DNA of 7,607 nt from Candidatus Heimdallarchaeota archaeon (GTDB lineage: Archaea; Asgardarchaeota; Heimdallarchaeia; Heimdallarchaeales; Heimdallarchaeaceae): assembly GCA_030668875.1 (NCBI GenBank), contig DAOVER010000090.1:1-7607 (forward strand), read 5' to 3'. The position numbers and the translations under genes were made by a program. Every line of letters begins with the position of its first letter. Positions within the stretch are counted from its first letter, which is position 1. Below are positions 5,701-7,607 of this stretch, piece by piece. Under the pieces are notes generated by a model that ran no database searches, was not told where the DNA came from, and saw only the letters and a program-made list of their open reading frames with translations.

Positions 5701-6611
5701 GAGGGCATATGGAGAGTCAAGGGCACATTCATGAATCTTTCACCAGGAGTTTGAAGGTTTATTCCTTGATGAGGGCGGGAGAAGTTATAATAGTCACGAT
5801 AGCGACGGAGGTCAGCGTTACAATAAGCTAATCCTAACCGGTTCACCTCCCTGATGATTGTACCATGGAGACGTTCGACTTTCCCACAAGTTTCGGGATG
5901 ATACACTCTTGCTCTGATATGGTCAATAATATTCGTCTGACACCAACGGGTGAAGGAACTTATTCCTCCTCTTTGCGGGTGGAAGATGGCACCATTATCG
6001 GTTAAAATCTGACGGGGAGTGCCATAGGTTTGCATAGCCTGGTCCAAGAGCTGGAGAATGTCCCAAGTCTTAACAGGACGGGGAAAGAACTTTGCTCCTA
6101 CACAGAACCTTGAGTGGTCATCAATAACACTCACAAGGTGAAGGTGTTGTCCTTGCTCTTCTACCCAGAAAGGTCCCTTGATGTCAATCTGCCAGAGGTC
6201 GTTAGATTCTTCTCGTTCGAACCTTTTCACCCTCTTATAAGCTTTCTTTGTTGTTCTTCACTTCTCCTCCCCCTCTTGTTGGAGCGTCTTCTACACTGTC
6301 GTGTGAGAAAGGTTTATCCCTTCGAGTGTTAGGAGATAGGCTATCTTAATAATATTGAAGCCATAAGCTCTCCTGAGAGCGAGAATACGGCTTTTATTCT
6401 CTTCTGTCACTTTCCTCCTAATGTTCTTGGGTCGTGAGGACCTTTCTTTGTACCATTCTCCTGCGGGGTTCTCATTATGCCTTCTCATCCACTTATGGAT
6501 GAATTTCCTGCTGACCATATACGCTTTAGCTAGTTGGGTAACTTTCGACCCATTCAAAGCTTTTTTAACCACAATTTTTCTAAGTTTTACCAGGTTACGG
6601 TTGGGATTCAT
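5679..6611 (-). pseudogene. IS481-family transposase, one 310-codon frame interrupted by TAG (6293-6291) and TGA (6260-6258)
   Basis: The ORF-track pieces 6611->6291 and 6230->5679 are in the same frame (offset 381 nt). The linker reads HTTV*KTLQQEGEEK*RTTKKAYKRVKRFE. N-terminal HTH (VTQLAKAYMVSRKFIHKW); DDE residues in WQID, TDNG and GKVER. Confidence 0.88.
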
Positions 6612-6646
6612 GTTTGATCACATACCCTCCGTAACCCAATATTTTA

Positions 6647-6675
6647 AACTGTTACCAAGGTGGGTTTAGTTAACA
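6647..6675 (-). repeat. Terminal inverted repeat (left end of IS-b)
   Basis: Minus strand TGTTAACTAAACCCACCTTGGTAACAGTT; 22/29 match to the right end. Confidence 0.88.
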
Positions 6676-6691
6676 GTCATGATTCCTGCTC
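6676..6691 (+). repeat. Target-site duplication of IS-b, right copy (16 bp)
   Basis: GTCATGATTCCTGCTC directly after ...GTTAACA. Confidence 0.95.
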
Positions 6692-6999
6692 GATATAAGA
6701 TATATACTAAAAAATACAGTAGTAAAATAAGGCAGAATAGGCAAGGAAGGTGAACAACAATCGCTTCCAGCGTCTTATTTCTTAGGAATACCAAAGCTTC
6801 TTATTTCTTGTAATAATCCTTGGAAAGAATGCTCCTGCTTCTTCATGGACTTTCCACATTGGAGTTTTTGTTAATCCCATAATTATAACCTACTAATTTT
6901 ATTTTAGTATCTGGTATCGATTTTTCTTTGCAGATAAAAATGTTATCCATTGTAGTTATTCTTCCGAATAACCTTTTATTTTTCAATTGTTTCTACAAC

Positions 7000-7607
7000 T
7001 TATTCAAGTGTTGTTAATTCATGCTCTGCTTTTAGCGCTTCCTCAAAATGTAATGCAATATCTCTAAAGTGTAAATTTCTTGTCAAGGAGCTGTAAGCTA
7101 ACAATCCAATTTGTGATTGCTTCACATATTCCTTCAGCAATTTTTTTGGTACACCTATTGTTTCCACTGTATAAGTAAATTCCTTTTTGGGATCATTTCC
7201 TCCTCTAAACATCATCGTTTGAATTATTATCGGCCATAATTTATATTCTAGTATCTCTTTCCATCTATCTTTTACTACTACTATATAGAACCAGTATATT
7301 TCTTGATTTCCCTTCAGAGTAATTGTCTTTTTCTCTCTAAAGATGTTCACTGATAAGTAGTTTAATGAATGAAATATTGTTTCTATCACTTCTGCTTTCT
7401 CTTTTGATATTTTCCCTTTGTTTAAATAATTTCTATATTTTACCAATAGCTCAATCATCTTCTCCTGTAGTCCCTCATTGTCAACACCATCACCTATCAT
7501 ATGTAGTTGATTAAGTAATGTAACGGAAATAATATTCGCGCTTTTGAAATCCTTCTTGTTAATGTGTTCTATTGCTAAAGAAATATTGTTCTCCAATGCT
7601 TCTGACA
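7000..7607 (-). CDS. Hypothetical protein, probably cytoplasmic, with 5' end at or beyond the window edge
   Basis: The frame stays open upstream of the TTG at 7596 (xTG TCA GAA GCA TTG GAG), so a start codon may lie at 7608-7606. TAA stop; no motif recognised. Confidence 0.65.
   Translation of the reverse strand, partial: SEALENNISLAIEHINKKDFKSANIISVTLLNQLHMIGDGVDNEGLQEKMIELLVKYRNYLNKGKISKEKAEVIETIFHSLNYLSVNIFREKKTITLKGNQEIYWFYIVVVKDRWKEILEYKLWPIIIQTMMFRGGNDPKKEFTYTVETIGVPKKLLKEYVKQSQIGLLAYSSLTRNLHFRDIALHFEEALKAEHELTTLE

Larger units (their letters stand above)
5672..6675 (-). mobile_element. Full-length IS481-family insertion sequence (IS-b), 1004 bp
   Basis: TGT...ACA termini, 29-bp imperfect inverted repeats (22/29), flanking 16-bp direct repeats, and an HTH + DDE transposase frame. 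Visibly more GC-rich than the flanks. Confidence 0.95.

Noticed and set aside
1930-6260. Targeted G->A hypermutation creating TAG/TGA from TGG
   Set aside because: Only two clear cases and one uncertain case. TGG is expected to yield stops by single transitions.
3562-6293. Alternative genetic code (TGA=Trp) suggested by stops at Trp-like positions
   Set aside because: Checked host Trp codons are TGG, both transposase frames terminate at TGA inside their inverted repeats, and X3 has Trp->TAG instead. Ordinary nonsense mutation explains the pattern.
6114-6669. Plus-strand ORFs 6114-6332 and 6421-6669
   Set aside because: Antisense shadows of the IS-b transposase.
3553-6691. Composite transposon carrying X2
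   Set aside because: IS-b has its own perfect target duplication, so it inserted independently. IS-a lacks its outer end, and the two elements are different isoforms.
6782-6880. 32-aa minus-strand ORF MGLTKTPMWKVHEEAGAFF..., faintly like a GcvT N-terminus
   Set aside because: Too short; the similarity does not continue in any frame; no clear RBS.
1-7607. CRISPR array, tRNA or rRNA genes
   Set aside because: No regularly spaced repeats or recognisable structural RNA found by inspection.

Overview
AT-rich, probably archaeal window (TATA/BRE-like promoters and AGGTGA/GGAG ribosome-binding motifs; an Asgard-type host is an inference only). It holds a secreted S8 subtilase (3484->2210) and two intact paralogues of an uncharacterised N-terminally anchored, sequon-rich ~480-aa protein ('family X': 1682->243 and 4145->5593). 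The apparently non-coding gap 1683-2209 hides two relics missed by the ORF track: the 5' end of a third family-X gene (2059->1894) joined through TGTTAAC to the 3' end of a second S8 gene (1885->1820). The minus strand therefore looks like a collapsed S8-X-S8'-X tandem array. Two related IS481-family elements are present. One is a 5'-truncated, frameshifted remnant (~3553-4083). The other is a full-length 1004-bp element (5672-6675) with imperfect terminal inverted repeats, a perfect 16-bp target duplication and two in-frame stops in its single transposase frame. A hypothetical gene is open to the right edge. No rRNA, tRNA or CRISPR array was recognised.
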